Shown: piece after piece, positions 13,327 to 25,217 of the stretch
Numbering within the stretch: the stretch's first letter is position 1
Layout: each line of letters opens with the position of its first letter
NCBI GenBank assembly: GCA_964016885.1
Contig: OZ024740.1
Coordinates: 90,458,001-90,522,000, forward strand
Direction: 5' to 3'
DNA length: 64,000 nucleotides
Source: Eledone cirrhosa
Lineage: Eukaryota
The notes under the pieces: model-generated
The model's input: the letters and a program-made list of their open reading frames with translations, nothing else
Databases searched by the model: none
What the model was told of the DNA's origin: nothing
Translations under genes and position numbers: made by a program

Positions 13327-15264
13327 AATATCGAATATGATATATATATTTTGAAACGTAAATCATAGATGAAATATGTAAAGTTAACGTACCAGGTTTT
13401 ATGTATTCACTGTAAGCATAAAATGGAGTTTCCCAATGAAATTTGCTCATAGTTTCAAAACTTCCTAGATAATATGAGCTGTCTCAAAAGTACAGATCCA
13501 ACAAGTCCAATGTTATATGTTTTGCGAATTGACGACCTCACTTTTTTATAGATTGCTTGGCGCAAATAATTTATTGAAGGTCTTTTCGCGTGTAACTTAA
13601 ATCCTTCATCAAATTCTAGGTCATAATCCATTTTTAGGGGATATCTTTTTGATCACCGCACAAAAATACATTTTGCGTTGTGTGTCATTACTATACATAC
13701 GCACAAATGCAGCCAATGGACACTGAATCTTTGGCATCCTATAAACATTCCACACCATTTCGTACTATTTATATAACTACAGAAAACGACGCTTTTATCC
13801 AGCCAGCTATGATTCGATATTATTTATTCATTCTTGATTTATTTTGATTCCTGATTATACACACATAACCTTCCATCACATCTACTACCGTTGACCGTTT
13901 CGGGCATTACTTAAATTAGAAATTTTCTGTTGATCGAGTTGTCCTTCTATTCCCTTTGCATCCAAATTATCACTGCAAGTAAACTTTCATCATCGCGTAC
14001 AACTCCATACACACAACTATATTGCTTTTAGATAACTTAAGCATACATTTTAAAGACAATATTTAAATGAAACACAATGCTAATGTTAGTAAGTTTAATG
14101 CATATGAATTTGCTATGATATGTTAGTAAGGTCAATGCATATTTTGCCATGATATATCTATAAATAGCTCATTGTTAATAGTTATAAGTAAGCAAGGAGA
14201 TTATGTATTTATGTACATTCCTAATCCAGAGACATGTTACAATGTAGTTGCTGGGAATGTTTCATCATTTAAAAATATGTTTTATAATGAACTAGTATTA
14301 AGAAAGGGAAGGGGCCGATTACCGATCAGACAAATAAAAGTAATTTAACATCGCTAATTTTAATTTTGATACTATCTATCGGACATTACGTCTGTCAAAA
14401 TAGCCTCTGCTTTTCCAATGATTTGAGTCAAGATATGATCGAAAACTACACAAAACCAATGTCGTTACTCCAACATATACCTTACGATGCTTCCATAACT
14501 TCGGCGAAACTCTCGGAACTTGGATTTTACTCACCCTTTTGGGATGAACACAAATGTTCGGCCGAATCTAATTTGAACTCCAAGACTCAGAACAAATATG
14601 TGAATAATTTCTAATGCTGTATTCATGTAACGAACCTGCAGTGTGAAGCGCTAATGTACACATAAAGGATTTTCAGGCTAATAAATCACAAGACGCTTTA
14701 AGTGAAACCGGTAATTACACAATAGAATTCCTCGAATTGTTGTATCTATAAACAAAATCTATATTTTATCGTCACATTATTATTACAAGTATAAGTAGAA
14801 CATTCAGACTTATGGATACAATACTATTTTTATAGCTTGTATTACTCAATTGTATACTCGAGTGAAACGTCTCAATTTATTGTTTCGTTTCCACCAAAAA
14901 CACATATGTTTCTAGTAACAAGTTGAATAAAAAAAATCGTTGCTATTTACAATTCGCTTATTGACAAGAATTTATGAAATTCTAATGAAATACCATAATC
15001 TCACAGAGGAATACTACCAGTGTTATTCTCTTAAAATTTAAGCTAATAATACGGCAATGCTAGATGCTCTAGTTATTAAAATATTATGAAATGATTGAAC
15101 ATATTTTGGTCTAAAAAATATATTCTCACTTCATGTATGCAAACAGTGCCAACAAACATAGACAATTGAAGGGGCGAAACGTCCGTGCATGCAACGAATG
15201 CAGTGCATGCGTTATAGAATCTTGAGTTGATAGATCAATTGCGTCGGTTGAAGCAAGCTGAATT

Positions 15265-15452
15265 TTGGCTGCTTACTAAAACGTATAGACACATAAACAG
15301 ATAACACACACACACCCACACACGCATACACATACACATGCACACACACACAAACACATACACATAAACACACGACAGCTTTTGGGCAAGAAGAGTTTTG
15401 ACTGCTTATTAAACCATAGACAAATAAACAGATAACACACACAAACACAAAC

Positions 15453-15485
<33 letters not shown>

Positions 15486-15590
15486 AACACACATAAACAC
15501 AAACACAAGGACAGCTTTGGGACAATCAGAATTTAGAATTCTTACTAAATCGTAGACACATAAAAAAGATAACACACACACACACACACT
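15265..15590. repeat. degenerate minisatellite, about three units, with CA-rich spacers
   Basis: The motif cttactaaa..tagacacataaa..gataacacacac recurs three times, and gacagctttgg recurs twice. Confidence 0.6.
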
Positions 15591-15802
15591 AGATATCACT
15601 ACATGCGGCTTTGACGGAAGGGGGGTGGGGGTTATTTAGCGGGAATGGGGTGGGGTATGGCTGCACAGCTCCACTTTCCGACATGGTGATTGGATGCAAG
15701 CCCTGCTTTCTCGGTTACCATTCCCCACTGGACAATATCCACTCATGAAAGGATCATTTCTACAATTAGGAGTTTTGAGAGGATCTGTCTCATGGAATAA
15801 TG

Positions 15803-15842
<40 letters not shown>

Positions 15843-16067
15843 GGATTAACAAATAATAGTTAAATGCAGTCCACTTAGGTAAAGTCCAGTTATGGTATTC
15901 CAGGTAGTGGATGATATTAACGCTTGGCTTGGTTTGACTCAACAAGGCGTTTTCATAGTGATGCTGCGGGTATGCTGTAATTCCTATGTTGTAAACACTT
16001 GGAGTAATAATAAATCAGGAAAGAAGGTTTACATGGTTTGCTATACAAAAAAGTTTTTAATCACATA

Positions 16068-16173
16068 GCTTACATTTGTTTCACTGAACTGGTATGTCTA
16101 GAGATCGCTATCCACTTAATTTTGCGTTACTCGATCGCCAATACAGAATTATAACCAGTCAGATCTTCGGAGC
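16068..16173 (-). ncRNA. hammerhead ribozyme, CCGAAGA core with long stem II
   Basis: gct-CCGAAGA-tCTGACTGGT..ACCAGtTCAGt-GAAA-C aaat GTA-agc. Confidence 0.6.
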
Positions 16174-16912
16174 ATGCGAGAATGAAGAAAATACACAGGC
16201 AAGAAAAGAAAAGAAAATACGACTACTATATGGAGTAGTTATGGCATTCAATTAGAACAATAACAACAATTACAACAATGCTATCAATAAACTACTTAAG
16301 GAGACCCTGACATTACTTAGGTGGGGGGTATATAATGTATCTAATGTTACGGCGTGAAAACCAGCTGTCATAAGGCAAAAAGTATAATAGTGTGTATCAA
16401 TTTTAAATTATAAAGATAAGCTAGTTTTTACAGTCTTTCTCTTCACCTTCAACAGTATACATGAGTGGGACCACTGTCAAAGCTCAATAGTTGTAGAGTT
16501 AATACAGAGGTTAACGAATTAATATACGCATATATCTACGCACACACATACACACACACATATATATATATATAAATATATATACACATATATACACATG
16601 CATGTGTACATAGACACATACATACACATCAATATACACTCGTACAAAAATATACATACATGCAAAGAGAAAAGCGTGCTAATTGTAATTATGGCAAAAA
16701 GAAGGTAAAGTAACATTGTAGTAGTGAAATGAGAAAAACTAGGATCTAGGATCAAATGATTGCAGCAGCTGAGAAGGAGTAAGATTGTTGGTAGATGAGG
16801 TACTTACAGACAATTGTGTGGTATAGACTTGTGAAGGAAATAGTATACTTAATGAATATATTTCTGTGGGTAGTAGGTATCCTAATTTAAAGCTATGTTA
16901 TGTTGGTTCGAT

Positions 16913-17345
16913 TCACGGAGGTTTGAATCTTATGAATTTAGTGGCTATTCTATGTCTGCAGAAGATAGATCTTTCTAACTTATTATTAAGTAGCCTTTTA
17001 ACATTTCTAAGGATATACAATAGCTCAAGATCACACAGCCCGCAATAGGACATCCCTGTACTATAGGTTTTAGCAGCCGACAACTTCGACCAGTTGAATG
17101 TGTAGTTAGTGTTGCTGTCCTTCAATTCCCATATTTTTCTGGCGAGGGTGGTGGAACCCATAAGTGCACGGTTTTTCATTGAGTGCCTGTGCACATACCA
17201 TCTTTTCTTAAAAGAACCCGCGGTGGATCCTATGTAATTCCAGGTGGAGTTACCCGAGATGACAGTGCACATGTACACCAGGCTCGAATCGAGACATCTG
17301 TTCGCCAATGGGCACCTATCTGGGTGGTGACAGTTGCAGTTTGAG
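16913..17345 (-). pseudogene. PLE GIY-YIG endonuclease
   Basis: CNCHHPDRCPLANRCL..LVY..YIGST..FKKRW..CGLCDLE..CRH. Confidence 0.85.
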
Positions 17346-17657
17346 GCGCTATTTTGTGCAGCTTTTACATTCCTATTTAGTACCCTGTTATAAGTGGGTT
17401 GTGATATATGCCCAATGGGGTTTTGCTGCTGCGCGTTTGTATGCGCTTGTGGTTGTGATGTTGTGATGAGTTTGTGCTTATGTATAGGTGCAATTGATTT
17501 ACTTGAGATATTTCTGTGGTTGATCTTGCGTATGTGTGATTCTATGTTAGCTGCGGTTGAGAAAGAGAGTTTTATAGTAGATCTATTGAGTATTTTGTGA
17601 TATCTATGCGAGATAGGGAAGTGTTTATCTATTAGTTTAAAGAATGTAGAGGGCAGT

Positions 17658-18818
17658 CTAGTTTTTTATAGAGGAGTTGAATATTGGGTTGAACCATAGG
17701 TATTTTCTTTGTCTGTTTCTTCTATTGTTTCTAGGGTTTACGTTATTAGTGTTTTGGCCGTTTACTCTAGGTGTTACATGTCTAACCCTATGTCTAGTCA
17801 AGCTGTTCCTATTATTATGTGAGCGGTTGGAGTAGAAATTACTAGGATTGTTTATGTTGTCCTTATTCACTATATACTGTAGTTTATCTTTATGACCGGC
17901 CCTACTTAATGCTGCATTATAATAGTCAGCATGCTCGTTAAAGATTTCTAGGTTTGAGGATATTCGGAGGGATATACTACGTGCTATGGATTTAATTATG
18001 GATTTGGGGTGATTTGAGTTGTAACTAATGTAGGCAAGATTTTCATTATTTTTGTGGAAAGGTTCTATTAATCCAGTATTTAGATTTAGAGTTACATCTA
18101 GAAAATTTACCTTCTTATGGTTTAGTTCGTAGGTAATACTTAGGCCTAGTTTTTTGAAGAATATTCTAATATTTTTCCTTAGTCTTTCCATGCTCTGGTT
18201 GTTAAGGTTCCTATCTATAAGTAACGTGTCATCCCTATAAATTCCTCCTTGGAGGTTACTGAATTCCTTATGTAGGTTGTGTGCTATGAATAGCCCCACG
18301 ATATCTGTAATTTGCGCAGAATCATTTGATCCCATTGTAATATCGAAGCTATTTATTCTATCCTTTCTTACCCAGTAGTTATTTTCAAATTTTACGATAG
18401 TCCTTCTAGCCGCTATTATTATTTCAATTTCATCATGGGTAAGATCAGAGTTATTTTGGGCAAATATAAGCGCCTTATCTAGGGTAGCTGGGGATATGGA
18501 AGCATAATAGTCGTCTATATCAAATTGTATGCAGTTACACGTCTCCCTATTTTGTATTTTATTGAACCATTTAATTGCCTCGTTAGTGTTGCCCCATAAG
18601 TAGATTTCTAGTTTACCCTTTATTTGTGCGATTACCCTATCTAGAATGTTTTTGCTAATTTTACCTATGTCTGACTTGGATGGGCATATTAATCTAATGG
18701 TGGGATTAGTTTCAAAGTTATTTTTGTGATCTTTCAGGTTAAATGTAGGGTTGCACGGGGTAAGCGGTTCGGTCCTATCTGAAATTCCGAGTTTATTAAC
18801 TATCTTGAGGCCCTCCAT
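17658..18818 (-). pseudogene. PLE reverse transcriptase, 386-aa open segment
   Basis: LKDHKNNF..PTIRLICPSKS, QFDIDDYYASI, FDITMGSNDSAQITDIVGL, GIYRDDTL, VNFLDVTLNL, SNHPKSI. Confidence 0.88.
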
Positions 18819-18924
18819 GTTTATGCTGGTGAGTGTAGATTCATTTGTTTTTTAATATGTTTTATGTAGTTCACGCTGAATAAAGTTATTGTATGTGTTA
18901 ATGTCCATAGAGTATATATATATA

Positions 18925-19194
18925 TATATATGAATGTATGTGTATAGTATATTTGGCAATATACCGTATGTTTAATTAAAAACATTTTGAAGACCATACG
19001 CTATTGGCTTTAAAGTAGTGACTATATCACTTACTTCTTTTCGGCGAACTCTCCCTTCTTTCGCCGAGAAGAAGTAAGTGACATAGTCACTACTTTAAAG
19101 CCAATAGCGTACGGTCTTCAAAATATCTTAAAATAAACATAAATATACTATACATACATTCATACATACATCACTATTTCAGAGCGCACCAATC

Positions 19195-19200
<6 letters not shown>
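18925..19200. repeat. fold-back inverted duplication (family of 1719-2050 and 59662-60040)
   Basis: Arms are centred at about 19049-19059 (tcggcgaa..ttcgccga) and are flanked by (TA)n. Confidence 0.8.
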
Positions 19201-19292
<92 letters not shown>

Positions 19293-19293
<1 letters not shown>

Positions 19294-19860
19294 CTACATA
19301 TATATATATACATGTTTAATCTAAAAGACATTTACCTACATTAGTATTTAATTTAAGGGAAACGTGGACCGCGAAGGTGATAATTCTTTATTTTCTATTA
19401 TTAATGATATTATAGTTGGCTTAGGAATGAGTGGGTGTGTCCAATATTTTAATTTTAAAACTAGTATATAAGAGGACTTGACTGTAATAAGTGGTAGCCT
19501 GATTGAAAATCTCCCTGGTAGCTCATAAATTTGAGATCATAGGCTTATGATAGAAATTTAATTTTTAATGATATCAGGGTGGTGGCATGAGGATTTATTA
19601 ATATTAGTTAATTGTAGATTTATTATATATGCATTTTCCATTACAACATAGATATAATAATTTAGTCAATCCTAATATGTGGACCGTCTATGAGAGCAAA
19701 TATTACTGCAAAACATAAATCCGAAGATAATATAAGCACAAGACGTAGACACAATCCACAAGCCGAGGTATTCCGTACTTCTCTGTACTGTTTCAGAAAG
19801 GAGGGATAAACATGCCAATCTATATTTAGAATCCCGAGCAACGGCGGGCCATTCTGCTAG
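19293..19860 (+). mobile_element. non-autonomous Helitron-like element
   Basis: 3' GC hairpin cccgagcaacggcggg is followed by ..CTAG|T at 19857-19860. A possible TC start lies near 19293. Confidence 0.5.
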
Positions 19861-19861
19861 T

Positions 19862-22025
19862 TTATATTAAAATAACAGATTAAATTTTAAGCAAAGAATC
19901 GCTGCTTTCACCCTTAACAGGATCTTCTGAAGATCCCGTTAAGGGAGCTATCATTTACACGAACACATCACCCGTCTTTTTCCATTCAAATTAGAAGCTA
20001 TAAACTTAGCGACTGTAATGTCAAGTAAGAATATTTTCGAAACAGCGAGTGGGTTTGAAATTATTAGAAATGTAAGCTATCACCGTATTAAATAATTTTG
20101 AGATAGAGTGTCCATGCTGTTTGCTCTGATTAGTTTTGGGAATTCTACCTGTTTTTATGTTAAAAAAGTGGCTCCAGCCTTATTTTTGTGTTGCAAAAAT
20201 GCTTGTGGTCAAAACAATTTTGATTGGTCGGTAGAGGTCATGTGAATGTAAAAAGTTGATTTTGCGCCAAGACTGTTTTTATGTTAAAATGTTAAAAAAG
20301 TGGCTCCAGCAAAAATTATTGGTCAAAACAATTTTGATTGGTCGGTAGAGGTCATGGGGATAAAAAATTGGTTTTGCGCCAAATATTGAGAAATGACTTT
20401 TTCACAACAAATATGTGTGTGTGTGTGTGTGTGTGGGTGTGTGTGTGTGTGTGTGTGTGTGCATGTGTGTGTGTGTGTGTGTGTGTGTAGTAGTAGTAGT
20501 AAGGTGTTCGATGCTGCGACAATGGCCAGCAGCGATGTGTGTCAAATGGCTATTAAGATAAGTGTGTGCGTGTGTGTGTGTGTGTATATAGCAGAGTCAT
20601 TCGAAGGTCAAAAGATATTTTTCAGCTTTTGTCTTATACGGAGAAGTGCGTGTGTGTGTGTGTATAATCTCTTTGTATGTTGATGTACGCGTGTGTATGT
20701 GTTTGTGTATATATGTGTGTGTGTGTGTGTGTGGGTGGACCACTATTTTTTCCCCCTGGTAAAATGGTGTACATTATTCGATTTTTTCAGTAAAATCGGT
20801 TCTCTTAGTAGAACATGAAAAACCTTAACAATAAAAGGTGTGAAATGATATTCACTATATATATATACACATACATATATTCACTACATATATATATATA
20901 TATATACACATATATACATACATATATATGCACATATATTTTTTTGTATTGCACCATAGAGCATGTGTGTTTACGTGTGTCATTGTGTTTATATGTGGGT
21001 AGACATGTGTGCTGATGTAGGTATGTATGTTGACGTGTGTATGTTGTGGGTTCGTCTTAGGGAGAAGTGTTTAGACGGGGTCCGTATTTGTTAATGAAGT
21101 AAGATTCCTTGCTGATGCGCTGGGTGTGGGTGGCATTATCTTTAAATTTGTAGAGGGGAAAGATTCTGAAGTTGGGATGATTTTGGGCGGCACAGGTATC
21201 AATGTGTTCACTCAGTGGTATTTTCCTGTATTCCCGTATTTTAATTTGGGATCTATGGACAGTCATGCGTTGGCGGAGGCTGCTTTTGGTCTGGCCTATG
21301 TATTGTTCTCGACAACCTGAACAAGTTAATACATATATTAGATTTTCCGATGCACATGTGAAATTGTGTTTTACTATAAAACGTTGTCCATCTTTGAAAT
21401 AGAATTCCGAACCCTCTATTAGGTTGATGCAAATGCCACAGTTGGGTCTATCGCATTTTTTTACTGTGGGTTTCGTTGTTGTGGCTGGCAGTACTTTGGC
21501 ATGTGTTAAGATGTTTTTCATTGACTTGGATTGTCTTTTGCTCTTTATGATATCGTGTGTTCGTAGAATTTGGTTCATTCTATGGTCCTTTTTCAATACA
21601 GGGATGTTCTGTAGGATGGTGTCAAAGGCCTCATTGTTGAGGGGTTGTGTGTGGAGATGTATGGAAGAGCTTTTAGTTTTGGTTGATTTACTTTAGGGTG
21701 TCTAAGGTCCTGGGTACTGAGTTTCAGGGCACGTTGGATTCCATTGTCAATTAGTGATGCAGGGTAGTCCCTGCTTATGAGTGTGTCCTTTAGTTCTTGT
21801 AGCCGTAAGTAGCATATGTTTTTATTGGAGACTATAGTACAGATTCTCTTGGCTAAGTTGTAGGGAATATTAATTTTAACGTGTCTAGGGTCGCAAGAGT
21901 TGAAGGGGAGGTATTGCTTGGAGTCTGTGGGCTTGTAGTATATGTCTGTTTCTATATTTTTGTTATGAATCTTAATGAGGATGTCGAGGAAGGGGAGTTG
22001 TTGATGGCTGTATTCCATCGTGAAG
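19862..22025 (-). mobile_element. Penelope-like element (Neptune-like), 5'-truncated
   Basis: RT thumb LPFLDILI..TDIYYKPTDSKQYL..IPYNLAKRI (21593-22018). Cys linker plus GIY-YIG CDRPNCGIC..NLIYVLTC..YIGQT (21057-21596). The 3' region resembles 62300-62400 and ends at an HHR (about 19884-19930). Confidence 0.82.
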
Positions 22026-22141
22026 TTAAAAACTTAAAACCACAACTGAATACTAACCCATACAATCACTAATACTCTTTTATTCCTAATTAAACCATTC
22101 TTCAACTGTGAACAATTTGTCAGCATTTTCTATTCCGTTTA

Positions 22142-22180
<39 letters not shown>

Positions 22181-22682
22181 CATTAACAGAGAACGTTTTA
22201 AGCAATACTCTGACCAACTCCATCTCACTTAACAAACATTAGGATGTACCTAAGTATAATCCCAATTAAATGTTTGGGGTGCTAACTATATAGTATTTCG
22301 TGGAAAGTGGGTTGTATGAGACATAATTAAATACATATCTCTTTCTTTCCATACGATGGATCGTAGAACTTAGGTCGTAGAACTTGCTTTACTTTTTTCT
22401 TTACACTTATTCGCTTTTCTTCACTCTCAGTATTTTTTCTTTCATATATATTTTTACCCCTCATTGTTCTACATACCGTTCCGACCTCCTCCCCCTCCCC
22501 CTCCCCAGTATCTTCTTTGAGCTCATTCCCAGCTGTAGCTGGCACTACCAACGCTTGATTGGGTCTACTCCACCCCTCCCCTATTTCTCCTACTGGCAGG
22601 TTTAGCCAGCATCTCCCCATCTAATTTGCAATCACAGAATTACTACTGACTTTTGACAATCACTTTGACCATATATGGAATT

Positions 22683-22776
22683 ACCCCTTGAGAAGATCGG
22701 CTATTTATATACCAGGATACATTTTCATTTAGTCCAGAATTAGCCGTCGAAACGGCTTGAGCTCAGCCGTCGGGGT
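22683..22776 (+). ncRNA. type-I hammerhead ribozyme, U3-A8 variant core (UUGAGAA)
   Basis: acccc-TTGAGAA-GAtCGGCTA..TAGCCGTC-GAAA-CGGCT tgagctc AGCCG-TC-ggggt. All three stems pair and the triplet is GUC. Confidence 0.75.
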
Positions 22777-22786
22777 CTTACAGGTT

Positions 22787-22855
<69 letters not shown>

Positions 22856-23649
22856 GTGTGTGGAAGGTAAACAGAAATAACAACAATCGTTACAGTATAT
22901 GTGGACGGAATATATTAGGCTGACGCTTGAAATAGGAGGAAGAATGTCTTAACAGTTTCCTTAGGGAGATAAAAGAACATGAAAATAAGGACAAAATCAA
23001 CTTTTACAATAGTTACAAGAACAACAGAAACGACAAGAAAAAGAATCAATGGTGATCATACACACACATGCATACGTATAATACGATAGCTGCCCCCTCG
23101 TTATCGAGTATGGTCATTGCACGATATACCATTGTTAGTAATTATTAATTAATTCTATCGTGAAATGCCTGTGCGTGAATATATTTTTTTTAACTGAGGA
23201 AAGACTGTGCTCTGAGCTAATCTCACTTTCTGACTGACAGTAGCTATAACCCGAAAAGGATAAAATATTAACATCAACGGTTACTACTGAGCCGCAGGTT
23301 TTATGTCGGAATTATCCCAGTTTCTTGACTTGCCTTCTCCTAGTAGTATGCCCTGACAAAGGCTATGGGTCCTTCACTCCCAGTGGATTAACCGCGCGTT
23401 ACATGTCTATATACATATTTACACACTTTTGGTTGGCCGTTGACTCTTATGTGTTCTTCCGCCCTTTGTCAGTTTTTTTTTGTCCTGCAGGGTGTCCAAA
23501 ATCACGCGCCTCACCAAGTGCTGGGGTTGCTAGTTTAGTCGCCGACGACGCGACGATGCGACAGGTTATACTGAGTTAGATGTTACCAGTAGCACTCATA
23601 CGTATATACATACACATATATACACATATATACACACACACATTTTTAT

Positions 23650-24163
23650 TTTTTTTAAATTTTTAAATTTTTAAATTTTCTTATTTTACGTCTTTCATAT
23701 AATTGTTCTGCGTCCTCCTGCATTGAACCACCTAGGTACTATGACATAAATTATGTATTTGCAAGCATTAGTGTACATCTCTACGCATATGTTGGTAGAT
23801 ATACTAATTCTCTATATTTATCTCCAAATTATTTATTTGTTGAGCAAACCTGCCAAATCCGCTACAAATTCATTGGTGTGGTAGTAGGCTTTTGTCATCT
23901 TACCAACCCACTCCTTCCGACTAGCCTCAGTGTCACGTGATTGATTCTTTAGAATCTGCCATTTGACCAGACAGCGAACTTTTTCAGTGCATAGAATCCA
24001 GTCCCCGCTAGCTGTTCCATCCACTCCCTGATGACGTAATGAATTCTCGATGGTTATATTACGTAACTATCTTTATCCCATTACAGAAACTAATTAGTTG
24101 GAGTGAAAATTTTAGTAAGTAAGTTAATTTTTTAATTTTTTAAAAATATTCTTATTTTACGTC

Positions 24164-24170
<7 letters not shown>
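23650..24170 (+). mobile_element. ORF-less HHR element with terminal redundancy (about 471-bp period); retrozyme-like family 2
   Basis: ttattttacgtctttcatat occurs at 23681 and 24152. HHR at 24022-24105. Homologous to 50487-51540. Confidence 0.7.
24022..24105 (+). ncRNA. type-I hammerhead ribozyme (GUU triplet)
   Basis: cactcc-CTGATGA-cGTAATG..CATTACa-GAAA-C taatta GTT-ggagtg. Confidence 0.75.
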
Positions 24171-24200
<30 letters not shown>

Positions 24201-24280
24201 GTAATAAATTTGAAGACAAAAATACAAAGAGGGCTCGATAAGGATAAATATATATCAAATAAATAAGAACCGTAGAGCAA

Positions 24281-24508
24281 ATATTTATTAAAATAACAGA
24301 TTAAAGTGTAAGCAAAGAATCGCTGCTTTCACTCTTAACGGATCTTCTGAAACTAACAAAGTCAATCTGTGAACGTGGAAGTGAATATTAAAAAAAAAAA
24401 AAATTCACTTCCGCGTTCACAGATTGACTTTGTTAGTTTCAGAAGATCCCGTTAAGGGTGAAAGCAGCGATTCTTTGTTTAAACTTTAATCTGATATTTT
24501 AATAAATA
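24281..24508. repeat. fold-back duplication carrying two CAGAAGA-core hammerheads (24305-24354 minus, 24435-24485 plus)
   Basis: Arms of about 105 bp surround an A-run. Consensus agttt-CAGAAGA-tCCC gttaa GGGt-GAAA-GCA..TGC-TT-aaact. Confidence 0.75.
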
Positions 24509-24849
24509 TATATATATATATATTATACACACACAGGCATTTCGCCAGATGTGCTAATTATTCCACCAGCTCAACGCCTTATTTTCAGCAGTTACAATGG
24601 AATCTGAAATATTGGTTCTACCATGGGCCATAGAAAGGTAGTTCGCAGACCGCATGTTTGAGACCCTAGTTGAAAATAGCAGTGGCCTTTTACCCGGCAA
24701 TAAAAGCTGGAGACAATATTCTTTCTGTACCAAAAACAAGGCACACACAGACACACACACACACATACATACATACGTTTGTTTGTGTGTGTGTGTGTGT
24801 GTGTGTTAGTGTGCACGCGCGCGTCTATGTGTCTGTATCTATCTATGTA

Positions 24850-24935
<86 letters not shown>

Positions 24936-25023
24936 GATACATATATTGTTTGCTCACTGTCACTAAGCATGTCAATTCATTCGTTTCAACTAAGTTTGTG
25001 ATCCAGGCAAATTATTTTGAAAG

Positions 25024-25217
25024 AGGGCAGTGGATTGGCAGTATCCGTAGAGTGTCGGACACCATGCTTTGAAGCATAGAGTTACGTCCCTTTATGATCT
25101 GAGTTCAAATCCCACCCAGGTAAACTTTGGCTTTCGTCCTTACGGGGTCGATAAAATAAAGTACCAGTACTGCACTGGTTAATTGCTGGCCTTGTGCCTA
25201 AAATAGAAACAATTATT
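25024..25217 (+). mobile_element. full-length tRNA-derived SINE
   Basis: A-box-like tggcagtatccgtag, B-box gagttcaaatc (25101-25111), conserved central block and tail agaaacaattatt. Confidence 0.8.

Larger units (their letters stand above)
15841..18912 (-). mobile_element. Penelope-like element, YRDD type (probably Hydra clade), 5'-truncated
   Basis: RT ORF at 17658-18818 and frameshifted C-terminal GIY-YIG at 16913-17345. The 3' region has an HHR, and both ends abut (TA)n. The clade assignment is inference. Confidence 0.85.

Noticed and set aside
15165-15185. ttgaaggggcgaaacgtc as an ultra-minimal HHR
   Set aside because: No stems I or II and an incomplete core.
16913-18818. Selenocysteine recoding as in Naiad PLEs
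   Set aside because: The endonuclease is C-terminal, the Cys codons I read are TGC/TGT, and the break between RT and EN is a frameshift rather than an in-frame TGA.
25024-25217. tRNA gene
   Set aside because: A/B-box-like motifs belong to a SINE head and no cloverleaf can be formed.
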